Shown: piece after piece, positions 28,395-38,600 of the stretch
How the letters are laid out: every line of letters begins with the position of its first letter
Numbering within the stretch: position 1 is the stretch's first letter
Assembly: GCA_016717285.1 (NCBI GenBank)
Contig: JADKFU010000002.1
Location: 72,385-136,384, forward strand
Origin: Chitinophagaceae bacterium
Lineage (GTDB): Bacteria; Bacteroidota; Bacteroidia; Chitinophagales; UBA10324
Length of the DNA: 64,000 bases
Reading direction: 5' to 3'
Position numbers and translations under genes: made by a program
Notes under the pieces: generated by a model
Databases searched by the model: none
What the model was told of the DNA's origin: nothing
What the model saw: the letters and a program-made list of their open reading frames with translations, nothing else

Positions 28395-29033
28395 ATGAAA
28401 AAAATCGTCTTCGCTTTTGTTATGCTGGCTCTGCTATTTTTAAATTTTGTCAACGCCAGTGCCCAGGTTTCAGATACCACCGCTGCGGCGCCACCCGCCT
28501 CCACCTCAAGCAGCAGCAATGACAAGGTGCGGGAGTATGGTCTCAAACTTGGACTAAACTGGAATAACCCAGTTTTTTCCGACTCAAAATTCAATTCTTC
28601 ACCCAACCTTGGTTATGAGCTTGGTCTTTACACCCGGCGAGGAGCATTTGTGTGGTTCGAATCCGGACTCTACTTTTTTCACCTGAAATCAAGTGAAAGC
28701 ATTACAGATAGTTCCGGAAAAAGCGATTTGATCTATTCTAATATCGCTATACCGCTGCTGGTAGGGCTTCGCCTGCTCGGTGCACAAAAGGCACTAAACC
28801 TCCAGGTTTTTGGAGGTGCCAATGTCGGATACCTGGTGGATGGAAAGTTTGACTTACTTAATCTCAGCACCTCTGACTTTGATCATTGGCAATTTGAACC
28901 GACAATCGGCATCGGGGCTGATGTGCTTATCATTACGGCAAGAGTAACCTATTCTTATGGGTTGACGAATGTGCTGAAAGATTATGATTCCCATTCATCG
29001 TACATAGGATTGTATCTCGGCATTCATCTCTAA
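28395..29033 (+). CDS. Outer-membrane beta-barrel (porin-family/PorT-like) protein
   Basis: 212 aa with a signal peptide (ALLFLNFVNASAQ) and alternating-hydrophobic strands. The C-terminus is ...YIGLYLGIHL. Confidence 0.6.
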   Translation: MKKIVFAFVMLALLFLNFVNASAQVSDTTAAAPPASTSSSSNDKVREYGLKLGLNWNNPVFSDSKFNSSPNLGYELGLYTRRGAFVWFESGLYFFHLKSSESITDSSGKSDLIYSNIAIPLLVGLRLLGAQKALNLQVFGGANVGYLVDGKFDLLNLSTSDFDHWQFEPTIGIGADVLIITARVTYSYGLTNVLKDYDSHSSYIGLYLGIHL

Positions 29034-29128
29034 GTTGGGAATAATTTCTTTCCAGGAATTAATTTGTTGCCTGTTGCACTGTAGAGTAGAATTAACACGA
29101 TCGGCTGCAATTGCCCTCGTGGTTTTGG

Positions 29129-30220
29129 CTATTTGTCTATCCGGATCACAACTCTTCTGTTGGCTGCTTTCCCTTCTTCGGTATTGTTGTCACCCACTGG
29201 ATTCTTTTCGCCCAAACCCACCGCTTTCATTCGCTTCTTATCAATTCCCTGTGAGACCAGGTAATCCATAGATGCGATGGCACGATCCTCCGATAGTTTC
29301 TGGTTGTACTTCTCATCACCGGGTGCGCTGCTATGTCCTTCAATGATGATTTTAAGTTCTGGATTGGCCTTCAGAAATGATGCAACTTTATCGAGGTTGG
29401 CCTTATCCGCTGCGTCGGGTGCTGCATCGTTATGCGCATAGAGCACAATCATTTCCGGACAACCGAGATTATCTGCAGAACCAGGAGTATTGGGACACTT
29501 ATCATGTTTATCGATAACCCCGTCTCCATCTGTATCCTGAACATGCACTGCAGCAGGTTCTTCTGGTGAACTTGAACTTTCTTCTTCCGGAAAACGAATG
29601 GTCACCCCAAACTGCAGGGCAGAATTTTTAAGGTCGCTGGTGATAATTTGCCCATTGAACTCCATTCCAGGATCCTGCTCATTAAGATTTCCTAATCCGA
29701 GCATGTACCTTGCATATACACCGAAGTTTTTCGAAAACCAGTATTCAGCGCCCAAGGTAACAGCCGGGATGGCTGCATTCAGCGAGCTTCGGGTGTCAGT
29801 ATGAGGCTTCGAATCATAATTTAAATTTCCAGTCACCATTAAATCAAATTGCGGTCCTGCAAAAATTGCTAATGGATCAATCGGGCTGAATTTAACCAGG
29901 AATGGTATCGAAGCATAATCAAGCTCCAGTGTGGCATTGTTACCTGCATCCACAGTTGATTCGAGCTTTGAACCCATTTGCGAGTAAAGCAATTCCGGCT
30001 GGATTGAAAATTTGCCGCTGATCGGTATGTTATAGAAGAGCCCGCCGGCAAATCCCCATTTTCCGTTTGAAGAATAATCAGCAAGGGAAGGATTGCTGAA
30101 TGAATTCATGGAATAATTAGCAGCAACTTTTAACCCGATATAAGGAACACCAGTGGCGCTTTGAGCAAAAACTCTAACACCAAGAACTAAAAGAATGAGG
30201 GAAGTAGTGAATCTTTTCAT
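29129..30220 (-). CDS. OmpA-family outer membrane protein (beta-barrel + TSP3-like Ca-binding motif + OmpA_C)
   Basis: Internal ATG (MKRFTTSLILLVLGVRVFAQ). It has DTDGDGVIDKHDKCPNTPG and an OmpA C-terminal domain (IIIEGHSSAPGDEKYNQKLSEDRA...NRRVVIRI). Confidence 0.85.
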   Translation of the reverse strand: MKRFTTSLILLVLGVRVFAQSATGVPYIGLKVAANYSMNSFSNPSLADYSSNGKWGFAGGLFYNIPISGKFSIQPELLYSQMGSKLESTVDAGNNATLELDYASIPFLVKFSPIDPLAIFAGPQFDLMVTGNLNYDSKPHTDTRSSLNAAIPAVTLGAEYWFSKNFGVYARYMLGLGNLNEQDPGMEFNGQIITSDLKNSALQFGVTIRFPEEESSSSPEEPAAVHVQDTDGDGVIDKHDKCPNTPGSADNLGCPEMIVLYAHNDAAPDAADKANLDKVASFLKANPELKIIIEGHSSAPGDEKYNQKLSEDRAIASMDYLVSQGIDKKRMKAVGLGEKNPVGDNNTEEGKAANRRVVIRIDK

Positions 30221-30430
30221 GATAATTCGTTTGGTTGAGACCCGGAAATGAAAGTTCATTAATCAAAACAAACCTAACTGTTTCTTTTAGTACATGCAAC
30301 TAATATCTGTAATAATGCGCATGATTGTTCAAAATCTCCAGGAGCAGGATTTCATGGTAAGGACCGCAAGGACTTCCAACAGTGGAACAATGAATGTAAA
30401 TAGGTGTAAACAAAATCACAGATGGAGTCT

Positions 30431-30472
30431 CCTCGTTAGTCCGGATTTGTAATCATAGGTGTTCGAAACCTT
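30431..30472 (+). repeat. Solo copy of the IS terminal sequence also found at 31922-31965
   Basis: cctcgttagtccggatttgtaatcataggtgttcgaaacctt versus cctcccgttagtccggatttgtaatcacaggtgttcgaaacctt. The two are in the same orientation and no transposase sequence adjoins this copy. Confidence 0.7.
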
Positions 30473-30548
30473 GGATACAATCATAAAAAAGTGTGATTAT
30501 AAATATTTTGAATAAGGAATCAGTGTACTGATTTTTGACTGATGCGAG

Positions 30549-30764
30549 TCAAACCCCGTTTGGCCCAATAGTCCGCTTGTGCCTATAATCTGTAAGCGTC
30601 CGATTACTATTAAAGTAGTCAAGCAAGATAACTTTTAATGGTCTTTTTTCTCCAGCATAATCTCTCGCACTGGTATAAATCCAATCCTCGGGCTTGCTTA
30701 CAAATCCTGCTTCTACCGGATTGTAGTTACAACTTGCTGTTGTCGCGAAATTTATATTTCCGCC
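30549..30764 (-). pseudogene. C-terminal fragment of a Y1 (IS200-like / REP-associated tyrosine transposase-like) protein
   Basis: The minus-strand open frame has no start. It reads ...ASCNYNPVEAGFVSKPEDWIYTSARDYAGEKRPLKVILLDYFNS...*. The NPV.AG.V..PEDW.Y.SA.DY motif is the conserved C-terminal end of this family, and the catalytic N-terminal part is absent. Confidence 0.5.
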
Positions 30765-31062
30765 TCATAGAATATAGGAATAATACCAGGCAAAAATATT
30801 AATATCTTGGATAGCTTAATACTCAATAAGACTTCTCTGTTTCAGAATTAAACGCTGGAAAAGAGAACGCTTATTTTAGGTTGCTCATTCTTTTTACAGG
30901 AAAAAATGAAAAATGGAAGACAGCACAGAAGGAAAAAACCGTAAGAGAAAAATAATCTGAATTTCAACTGTTCCATTGGATGAAGATATAAGTATATATG
31001 CACCATAAATATGAAGAAATCAAGTTTTACTTTTTATATTTCGACATTCAATTAACCACTAA

Positions 31063-31665
31063 ATGATTAAAATCATGAGGAACAAACTATTTACTTCTGT
31101 CTCCATTATTGCTGTGATCATCTTTGGGTTGACATCCTGCTCCAGGAATTCCCATGTGGAATACACCGGGCGGTATCATCCCAATACAAAAATAAACCAG
31201 GCAACAGCAGCAAATATTACCAAATCAACCGATAAAAAACAGGTCAATGAATTGCAGGTTGCTCAAAAGGAACTGGAATATGTTGCATCAAATGACGAGC
31301 AATTGAAACCCTTAATCAAATCATTCAGTCAAGTTGCTCCTTTAGTTCCATCTACACTCACTTCGCAACAGGAAAAGAAAGTAAACAGGATCTTTGAAAA
31401 GATTGAAAAACAAGCTGCTAAAAAACCTGTTGAATGGAAAGCACGGACAGGCTATACTCAAACAAACCAACAAACTTCAAAAGCCATCAAAGCACATTCC
31501 TCCGGCGATTCTAAATTATTGTACTGCCTGCTGGCCATTTTGTTGCCACCATTGGCGGTTGCATTGTGGGAAGATGGAATTACCATTAACTTCTGGATAG
31601 ATATCCTGCTGACAATATGCTTCTGGGTTCCGGGTATCATCTTCGCCTGGATCATCATCTTGTGA
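31063..31665 (+). CDS. Lipoprotein-like N-terminal region fused to a Pmp3/YqaE (UPF0057) proteolipid domain
   Basis: 200 aa (or 196 aa from ATG 31075). It has a signal/lipobox (IIFGLTSCS) and a ~130-aa polar Q/K-rich region. The C-terminus LLYCLLAILLPPLAVALWEDGITINFWIDILLTICFWVPGIIFAWIIIL has the Pmp3 two-helix signature. Confidence 0.6.
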   Translation: MIKIMRNKLFTSVSIIAVIIFGLTSCSRNSHVEYTGRYHPNTKINQATAANITKSTDKKQVNELQVAQKELEYVASNDEQLKPLIKSFSQVAPLVPSTLTSQQEKKVNRIFEKIEKQAAKKPVEWKARTGYTQTNQQTSKAIKAHSSGDSKLLYCLLAILLPPLAVALWEDGITINFWIDILLTICFWVPGIIFAWIIIL

Positions 31666-31921
31666 TTATGAATGGATCTTCTTGTTTCATTTGAGATAGT
31701 TCATTCGGAGAAAATTGCAGTAAGAATCGGCAGGAACATATAAAATTGTTGTGCCGGTTATTACTGCTTTCCTTCTTTTTAAAGTGAAAAGGCTATAAAA
31801 AATTGTCTCACGAAAAGTATAAATTTCGCAAAGAAGGAGTTCTAAAGACTTACTTTGTCCAAAAGGCTTACATCGATTAGACACTGCCCGATACTTCGGG
31901 CAAATATTTTTTTAACTTATT

Positions 31922-32248
31922 CCTCCCGTTAGTCCGGATTTGTAATCACAGGTGTTCGAAACCTTAAGAGTCATTAAACAGGTTCTTAACTTTCTTAGGA
32001 TCACCACCGCATAAGATGGCCACTTGTTTCATTATTTCTTCATCGAGTTCAAGTGTAAAGCGAAGCTTTGCTATTTTATAGCTGGAGATTTTGTTGAGTT
32101 TTTTATAAACGATAAGCAGGATGGCCAAAATGAGAGTCATATAGATCATCACGCTGATTCCATTGATATTTCTGGATACCAAATGAGTAAGGTTAAGATG
32201 TTGTTTTAGAAACTTGAAAAACGGTTCAATATCCCATCTAAGCCGCAA
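31922..32248 (-). mobile_element. Truncated IS remnant: 3' part of a DDE transposase (IS4/IS5 superfamily) plus its terminal sequence
   Basis: ORF 31964-32248 reads (L)RLRWDIEPFFKFLKQHLNLTHLVSRN..., the RW.IE.FFK.LKQ region around the DDE glutamate. The N-terminal two-thirds of a transposase are missing. The stop overlaps the 44-bp terminal sequence, which is repeated at 30431. Confidence 0.7.
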
Positions 32249-32403
32249 AGATGCTTTGCAGCCTGGCCATTGACGAGAAGTATAAAAGCTCGAATGTCAC
32301 CTTCCTAAAAGGTGATGGCAAGGAAATAAAATCCAGCAAGTATTCTTATGATAAGGATCTGCAGGAAAAACTTTGGGCATTAAGCGAACAACTCGCTAAG
32401 TAA
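32249..32403 (+). pseudogene. 3' fragment of a short-chain dehydrogenase/reductase-like gene abutting the IS remnant
   Basis: The frame ending at TAA 32401 reads ...SLAIDEKYKSSNVTFLKGDGKEIKSSKYSYDKDLQEKLWALSEQLAK*. This resembles the C-terminal tail of WWOX/retinol-dehydrogenase-like SDRs (...G.YF.D.K....S..A.D....KLW..SE.L). No upstream Rossmann part is present. Confidence 0.4.
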
Positions 32404-32407
32404 TCTC

Positions 32408-33340
32408 CTATTTGAAATTCGGCCAATCGGATTCGCTCCAGTCAGAAAAGTTCACACGTTTCCATTCAGGATGCCCCTTTTCCTTGAGCTGTTCATAATT
32501 GGTTTGAATGGCGGCTTTCAGCTTTGTAACGCTGGCCCGGTCTTCTTCCGTGAGCTTGCTTTCATTTACCACTAGCAAGGTAGGTACTCCGTAAGTAGGT
32601 ATATCATGGTCGAGCCATTTGTAGTCCGTTTTATAAATTGTATCCCGCTTGTAGTACTTCGCCCAGTCGTTAAAATCCTCCAGCGGAACAAGGGTCATCA
32701 TATCTACCATCGATTGCGGGTTTATATCCAGTTGCGGGATCGGGGCTGAACTGGCAATGAAAAACGCATCGATCTTACCAAGCTTAAGTTCTGTTAAAGA
32801 TTCGTCCAAAGGAATGTTCCTGGAAGTATAGCTGACCTTCGAACGTTCCCTGATCATCAGTGCAGTCCTGAAAGTTCCCTGCCCTTCGTTTCCGATCGCG
32901 ACTGTTTTTCCGTCCAGGTCCTTCAATCCTGTATAACCCCTGCTGGCACTGGTCACCAGGTGAATTTGCTGATCGCCCAACGGAAGCACTACTTTCAGAT
33001 GCTTCGTTTTTTCCATTTTAAGTTGCATGTCCTGCGCTTGCATGTAATACAGGTAATCCGCCTGCATAATGGCCAGCTTGTACGGAGTCTTAGGGTCAGT
33101 CAGCTCACTGAAATTATATGCAACCCCTTCTGTTTCCTTGTTCTGAATCTTAAAATCCAGTGTAGGAGCCACGATGTTTATAATATCCTGGACAAAACGG
33201 TACTGCGTCGCATTTTTTGAGCCGGACAGGATCGTCATCTGACTTGCAGGACGGGGTAAGAAGGAAAGCAGCAGCAACGTTCCTAAAGAAGAGAAAAATA
33301 ACAGCACCAATGTTCCTGAAATAATTTTTTTGTTTCTCAT
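32408..33340 (-). CDS. TAXI-family (TRAP-associated) periplasmic solute-binding protein-like
   Basis: 310 aa with an N-terminal TM/signal. The pattern matches TAXI proteins: LAIMQADYLYYM, LKVVLPLGDQQIHLVTSASRGYTGLKDLDGKTVAIGNEGQGTFRTALMI, GKIDAFFIASSAPIPQL. No TRAP permease gene is adjacent. Confidence 0.6.
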   Translation of the reverse strand: MRNKKIISGTLVLLFFSSLGTLLLLSFLPRPASQMTILSGSKNATQYRFVQDIINIVAPTLDFKIQNKETEGVAYNFSELTDPKTPYKLAIMQADYLYYMQAQDMQLKMEKTKHLKVVLPLGDQQIHLVTSASRGYTGLKDLDGKTVAIGNEGQGTFRTALMIRERSKVSYTSRNIPLDESLTELKLGKIDAFFIASSAPIPQLDINPQSMVDMMTLVPLEDFNDWAKYYKRDTIYKTDYKWLDHDIPTYGVPTLLVVNESKLTEEDRASVTKLKAAIQTNYEQLKEKGHPEWKRVNFSDWSESDWPNFK

Positions 33341-33543
33341 GACAGCGTGGATTTAAGGATTACAAGAGCATTGCAAATATATCATTTATTAATTGTAAAT
33401 ATCCTGGCCTGAATCCTGATTCCGGCTTCTTCATATGAGTATTAAAAGTGTCAATCATGATTACTTTTATATGTTTCATGAAGGTCAGGAGCAACCGGTT
33501 TTAAGAACAACACGTTCAAATGACAGTTTTGATGCTATCAAAA

Positions 33544-33690
33544 ATGAAAATAATCCCTTTCACACTCATTCTATTGCTGTTCATCACGTGTTCTTTTGCA
33601 CAACCAATTATTAAATGGCAACATTCTTATGGAGGTAGTGATTTTGATGAGGCCTTCACTTCCATAAAGTTTCAACCGGACGAAAATTAA
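33544..33690 (+). pseudogene. 48-codon N-terminal stub of a T9SS beta-propeller-repeat paralogue
   Basis: MKIIPFTLILLLFITCSFAQPIIKWQHSYGGSDFDEAFTSIKFQPDEN* is a signal peptide plus the first W...YGG...D.A repeat seen in the two downstream genes, followed by a stop. Confidence 0.4.
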
Positions 33691-33898
33691 TATCGTCCAA
33701 GCTCCACTGCATCTACTCCAGTCTCCCAATACCGAGATTTAGTAAAGTTATTTGCCTTTTACTAAACCATTATCGCCGTTCACCAAACAGATTTGATTTT
33801 AGCTTGTCGCAAAAATATTTTTGTATGGTTAATTTTTTTGAAGCCGGATCTTCAACTCATGAAACGATACAAAACACGGTGACTTCAAAGCGCACGTT

Positions 33899-35428
33899 AT
33901 GAGAAAAAAGATTTTTACGCTACTCTCCGGAAGCCTGATGTTGCTCGCAGGCTTTTCAGCACAATCCCAGGAAATCAATAAGGGATGCTTTTACATTCAG
34001 GCTTCGGGCTACTATCGCTACTTCAGCATTGTTCAAACGTACGACGGGGGTTATGTGATTGGGGGATTGGAGACAGGCTTTGCCGGCGGGGTTGATCAGA
34101 ATTTTTGGGTTTTTAAAGTAGATGCTGCGGCCAATATTTTGTGGTCGAGTTCCATCGGCACCACGGGAAATGATGGATGTTTCGGAATAATTGAAACAGC
34201 AGACCATCATATTGTAGCAGGAGGATTTGCCGGAAGTTCCGGTAACCAGGATTTTTTCATCCTAAAATATGACGAAAACGGAAACATCCTCTGGAAAAAA
34301 AACGTGGATCACGGGGTTGGAAGTGCAGTCTTCAACTCTGTTACGGAAGCGTCAGATGGTTCATACATTTTAACAGGTGTTAGTCTTTATAATATATTAC
34401 TTTATAAGATAGACGCTGAAGGTAACAAAATATGGAGCACGGAAATAAATGACGGTGGTCCATACGCTGCTGTAGCACAGCGTGTCGTGCCTTCCACTGC
34501 AGGTGGATATTTGATTTCAGGATGGGGAATTACTCCGGGTGCCTTTTTTACACATGTAAACGAAGCCGGAGTGATTCAATGGTCCGTTTCTTACAATGCC
34601 GGTGTTGGCTATGATGCCATCCCCCTCTCCAATGGTGGATACCTGATCGGCGGTTATGAATCAGGTACGGGACAACCTCACTCAAATGCATTCGTTACCA
34701 GAATTGACAGCAATGGCAATAAAGTATGGAGTAAAACTTACGGCGGTGATGGATCAGAAACATTCTATGGTTTAGCTCCCACCAGCGACGGTGGATTTAT
34801 CGGAGTGGGAATCGCAGACACCGGTGAATTTATTCCGGCAGGAGCGCACGGATTTGTAGCAAAGTGTAACAGCAACGGCGAAATTGAATGGAGTAAAAAT
34901 ATTTATTCTGCGGCATTGCTTCAGGATGTCATTCAAACAGCCGATGGCGGTTACGCTCTTCTTGGAAATGGTTCTGTCATAAAGCTCGACGCGAACGGAA
35001 ACGCTTGCGACGAATGTTTGCTGGAAGATTTCGGTTCATGGATGGAAGCAGGTGATGTTGCTCCAAAAGTATTACTGAATTACACGGCGAACGACAGTAT
35101 TTTCGATTCCCCTTATTCAGAAGTAAGCGGTGGAACCAAACAGGAATTGTGTATAGTAACCGACATAGAAGAAACTCCGAAGACTGCTTCGTTTTCCATT
35201 ACTCCGAATCCCGCCGATCAGTTCGCAGTTTGCAACTGGCAATCTGAAAACAAAGAAAATATTTGGTTGAAAATTTTTGATGCAACAGGAACATCTGTTT
35301 ATCAATCCACACTTGTCCATTCACAATCCGAAATTCTCAACGTTGAGAACTGGAAAAATGGAATGTACTTCTGCAGGTTGCAAGCCGGAAGCAAGATTGT
35401 TGCTTTGAAATTTATTGTTGAGCATTAG
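33899..35428 (+). CDS. Secreted beta-propeller-repeat protein with a T9SS C-terminal sorting domain
   Basis: 509 aa with a signal peptide (LLAGFSAQSQ). About 8 repeats of the G(N/E).(I/V)W(S/K)...(Y)GG.G.(D/E)....(I/L)..T.DGGY...G type are present. The C-terminus is FSITPNPADQFAV...GMYFCRLQAGSKIVALKFIVEH. Confidence 0.8.
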   Translation: MRKKIFTLLSGSLMLLAGFSAQSQEINKGCFYIQASGYYRYFSIVQTYDGGYVIGGLETGFAGGVDQNFWVFKVDAAANILWSSSIGTTGNDGCFGIIETADHHIVAGGFAGSSGNQDFFILKYDENGNILWKKNVDHGVGSAVFNSVTEASDGSYILTGVSLYNILLYKIDAEGNKIWSTEINDGGPYAAVAQRVVPSTAGGYLISGWGITPGAFFTHVNEAGVIQWSVSYNAGVGYDAIPLSNGGYLIGGYESGTGQPHSNAFVTRIDSNGNKVWSKTYGGDGSETFYGLAPTSDGGFIGVGIADTGEFIPAGAHGFVAKCNSNGEIEWSKNIYSAALLQDVIQTADGGYALLGNGSVIKLDANGNACDECLLEDFGSWMEAGDVAPKVLLNYTANDSIFDSPYSEVSGGTKQELCIVTDIEETPKTASFSITPNPADQFAVCNWQSENKENIWLKIFDATGTSVYQSTLVHSQSEILNVENWKNGMYFCRLQAGSKIVALKFIVEH

Positions 35429-35680
35429 ATGTCTGCTTTGACATCATCGAAGCTGTGATCACAGTATCGTGCGGATTTGTGCAAAAACTATTACGATATC
35501 AAGTCCGTAAACATGTTCGGAAAGATTCGGTCTTTTAGCTTTTTGAGATGGCTTCTCGTCAAAGTCAAATGAATTCCGGATAGAAGCTTCTTAGTCTGGG
35601 ATGGGTCACCGCTCCATTCAGGGCTTATCATGAAAAAGCGTCCGCTTAATAATACCTTAATGCCACCGTATAAAATAGTA

Positions 35681-38600
35681 TCAATTTACTATCGCCAACT
35701 TTTGAGCTACTATAATCCGCCCGATCGAATCATAAATTTTGCATTGATATATCCCTGGTGGATATTCCTTTACATTAATCAACTTCTCTCCGCGAGATAA
35801 CGATTCTTTGAGGCGTACCTGGTTAAGTGAATTAATAATTTCAACGGTAACATGTTCTTCACAGCAATAATCAACATGAATATACTCGCTTGCAGGATTC
35901 GGGTAAATGGAGAATAAGTTTACCGGATCCGATATGCCGGTCGCAATGATGGTAATTTCCTTGCACGTTATTGGGGTATCACAATCACCGTATGCCGTAA
36001 GACAAGCTGTATAAATTCCATTTGCAGTATAGGTATGATTCGGATTAGGAGCGAAACTCTGCTGACCGTCACCAAACTCCCAAAAATAAAACAATGTATT
36101 AATTGCCTGGTTTGTAAAAAAAACCTGGTTTACATTCGTTGTATATGTAAAATCAGATTCAGTAGAACACTGTAGAGTAACATCCATACAGGTTGTATCA
36201 TTTACACAAAGACCATAGGCAATAAGACAAACATGAAAAGTTCCCAATGAACTATAAGAATGAACAGGACTTGTTATGCTGCTGTTCGTACCATCACCAA
36301 AATCCCATAAATAACCGGTAGCTGATGCTGATGTATTTGTAAACTCAACCTCTAAATCATTTGCTGAACTGGAAAAATTGGCTGCTGCAATGCAATTGAC
36401 AAATACTGATTTACATACAATTGAATCACCGCATTCATTGTTTGCAATTAAACACACCGTCTTTTCGCCAGGAGAAATATAAGTATGAGCGGGATTTTGT
36501 TCCGTTGAAGTAAATCCATCTCCGAAATCCCAATGAAGCAAGTCTTCAGAAGTTGTATTGTCTTCAAAAGAAACTGTATTTCCGTTTGAAGTATATGTAA
36601 AATTTGTATTCGGTATTGAGCAATTAAAATTATCACATAAAATTTCTTCAGCCGTAGAATAATATGTGGAATACATGGGAATGTATATAAGTGGAATGGT
36701 ATCGTAAGTTGATGTAATATTTAAATTAGTGATGGAGGGAGTGAGGTTGACGATGTTGCAGACGACAGAATCACTGTAACAGCCGGCATAACCATTTGAA
36801 TCTGCTTTCAATAGGTACGGAAACCAATCTACTGAACCTGTTTCAGTGTACAGTGTAGCAAAACCATTGTCGGCTGTAAAAGCAGGTTTCTGAATACGGG
36901 ACTTAAAGGGAAATGAATATTTTTTAGCATGCAGAAACCCACCCGCTGAATTCAATTTTATGAATTGAGCATCATATTCTCCGCCTGAAAGCACTTGCAG
37001 GTTGCCACTTTGTAATTCATTGATACCAAATCCGGCATTACCCACTCCGATATCAGCAAGCTTAGCCCATAACATATCCCCATCTTCTTCTAACCTAAGG
37101 ATGATAGGCTTGGGAACATACGATCCTCCAAAACTGGAAGTATTTCCAGTTACAAGAATGTTTCCGTTTGCGGATTCAACAATCCCATAACCGGCATCGG
37201 CGGAAGGACCATAATACTTTTTTCCCCAGATGGGTACTCCTGCAGCGTCTGACCGAAACACCAGGAGATCATTACTATAGCCGCCGGTTATTAAAAGATC
37301 ACCGTTTTTTGCTTCATATAATTTCGAAGCAAAAGTTGTTTCCGTGTAAGAACGTTTCCATAATGTAAGGCCTGCTTTCGTCAGTTTCAGTACAACTGCT
37401 TTTGAATTATCCTGACCAGCTATCAAAAGACTTTCATCGCTTGTTTCGATGATATCCGCATAGTTATTTACTGAACCCGAGAACTTTCGTTTCCATAATA
37501 ACTTACCAATACTGTCATATCGGGTTACTGCTAAACCGCTTTCACCGCTTACAATAGCGAAACCTCCATCTCTCGTCGGCGTAACTGACAAGGCCATTCC
37601 GCCAGGTGAACCAATCGTCCAAAGTTCATTCCCTTTAAAATCAGTTCGTATTATCCATGGTGTTAAACCTGCGTTGTTTGAAAGAAGCAAGTACCCGCCA
37701 TCTCCCATTCGTACGACCTGAACCGGCAGAAGATTATTGCCACTTATTCCGCAAAACATAACAAACCGGCTTTGAACCGTGTCATCTATAGATATTGATT
37801 GACATTCCGTTGCTGCACCACAAGTATTTGAAGTAGTCAGACAAACGGAATATGATCCCACAGAATCAAAAAAATGTACTGATTGAGGCCAGTAAGCATT
37901 TTTGCCATCGCCAAAATCCCATTTCCAGGATTCATTATTAATGGCATTTGCAGTAAACTCACATTGAAACATTTTCCTTGTTACACTGAAGGTTGCGTCC
38001 GGCAGGGAATCAACAAAAAAATTAATTTCAGCAGTATCCTTGCATTCTCCTTTTGCAATCAGACTTATATTATGAGCACCAGGGTTACTTGTTAAGTAAC
38101 TTAAGTTTGGTGTCGTGGTAATTAGTAAATCATCAACGTACCACTTGAAATTCGTTGCGTTTGTGGATGCGTTAATTGCTTCCAACACGCTTCCGCTACA
38201 AATTCTTGATGTGCTCAGGCTAATGCCTGCGTTGGTAACGCAGGTATCTTCGCAAGAATAAATCACTTCATCGGGATAAGGCACCGCAACATAATTGAAG
38301 CTGTCAACCTGGGCGTATGCTTCCTTATAAATTACCTGGTTAAATGTGGGTAGAATTGCTGACTCTGTACCAAACTCAAAATTTACAGTATCAAGGCACA
38401 AAAGGTCCATGTCCATATTGGTCTTCAGCAAGGAAAATTGTCCATCATTATTTACTTCAGCGTAACCGGCGATCCAGAGGTTATTCTCCATCCCAACCTC
38501 CACATCAAATAGTCCGTAATCACTTTCAGGGAATTCATGAATGGAAATCAAATTTCCCTTCTTATCAGTTTTAAACAGGACGTTACAATCGAGAAAAACA

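Noticed and set aside
30431-31965. tRNA-like sequence (ggtgttcgaaacc) in the repeated 44-bp element
   Set aside because: No acceptor stem or anticodon arm can be drawn around it. The sequence directly abuts a transposase stop codon and fits an IS terminus.
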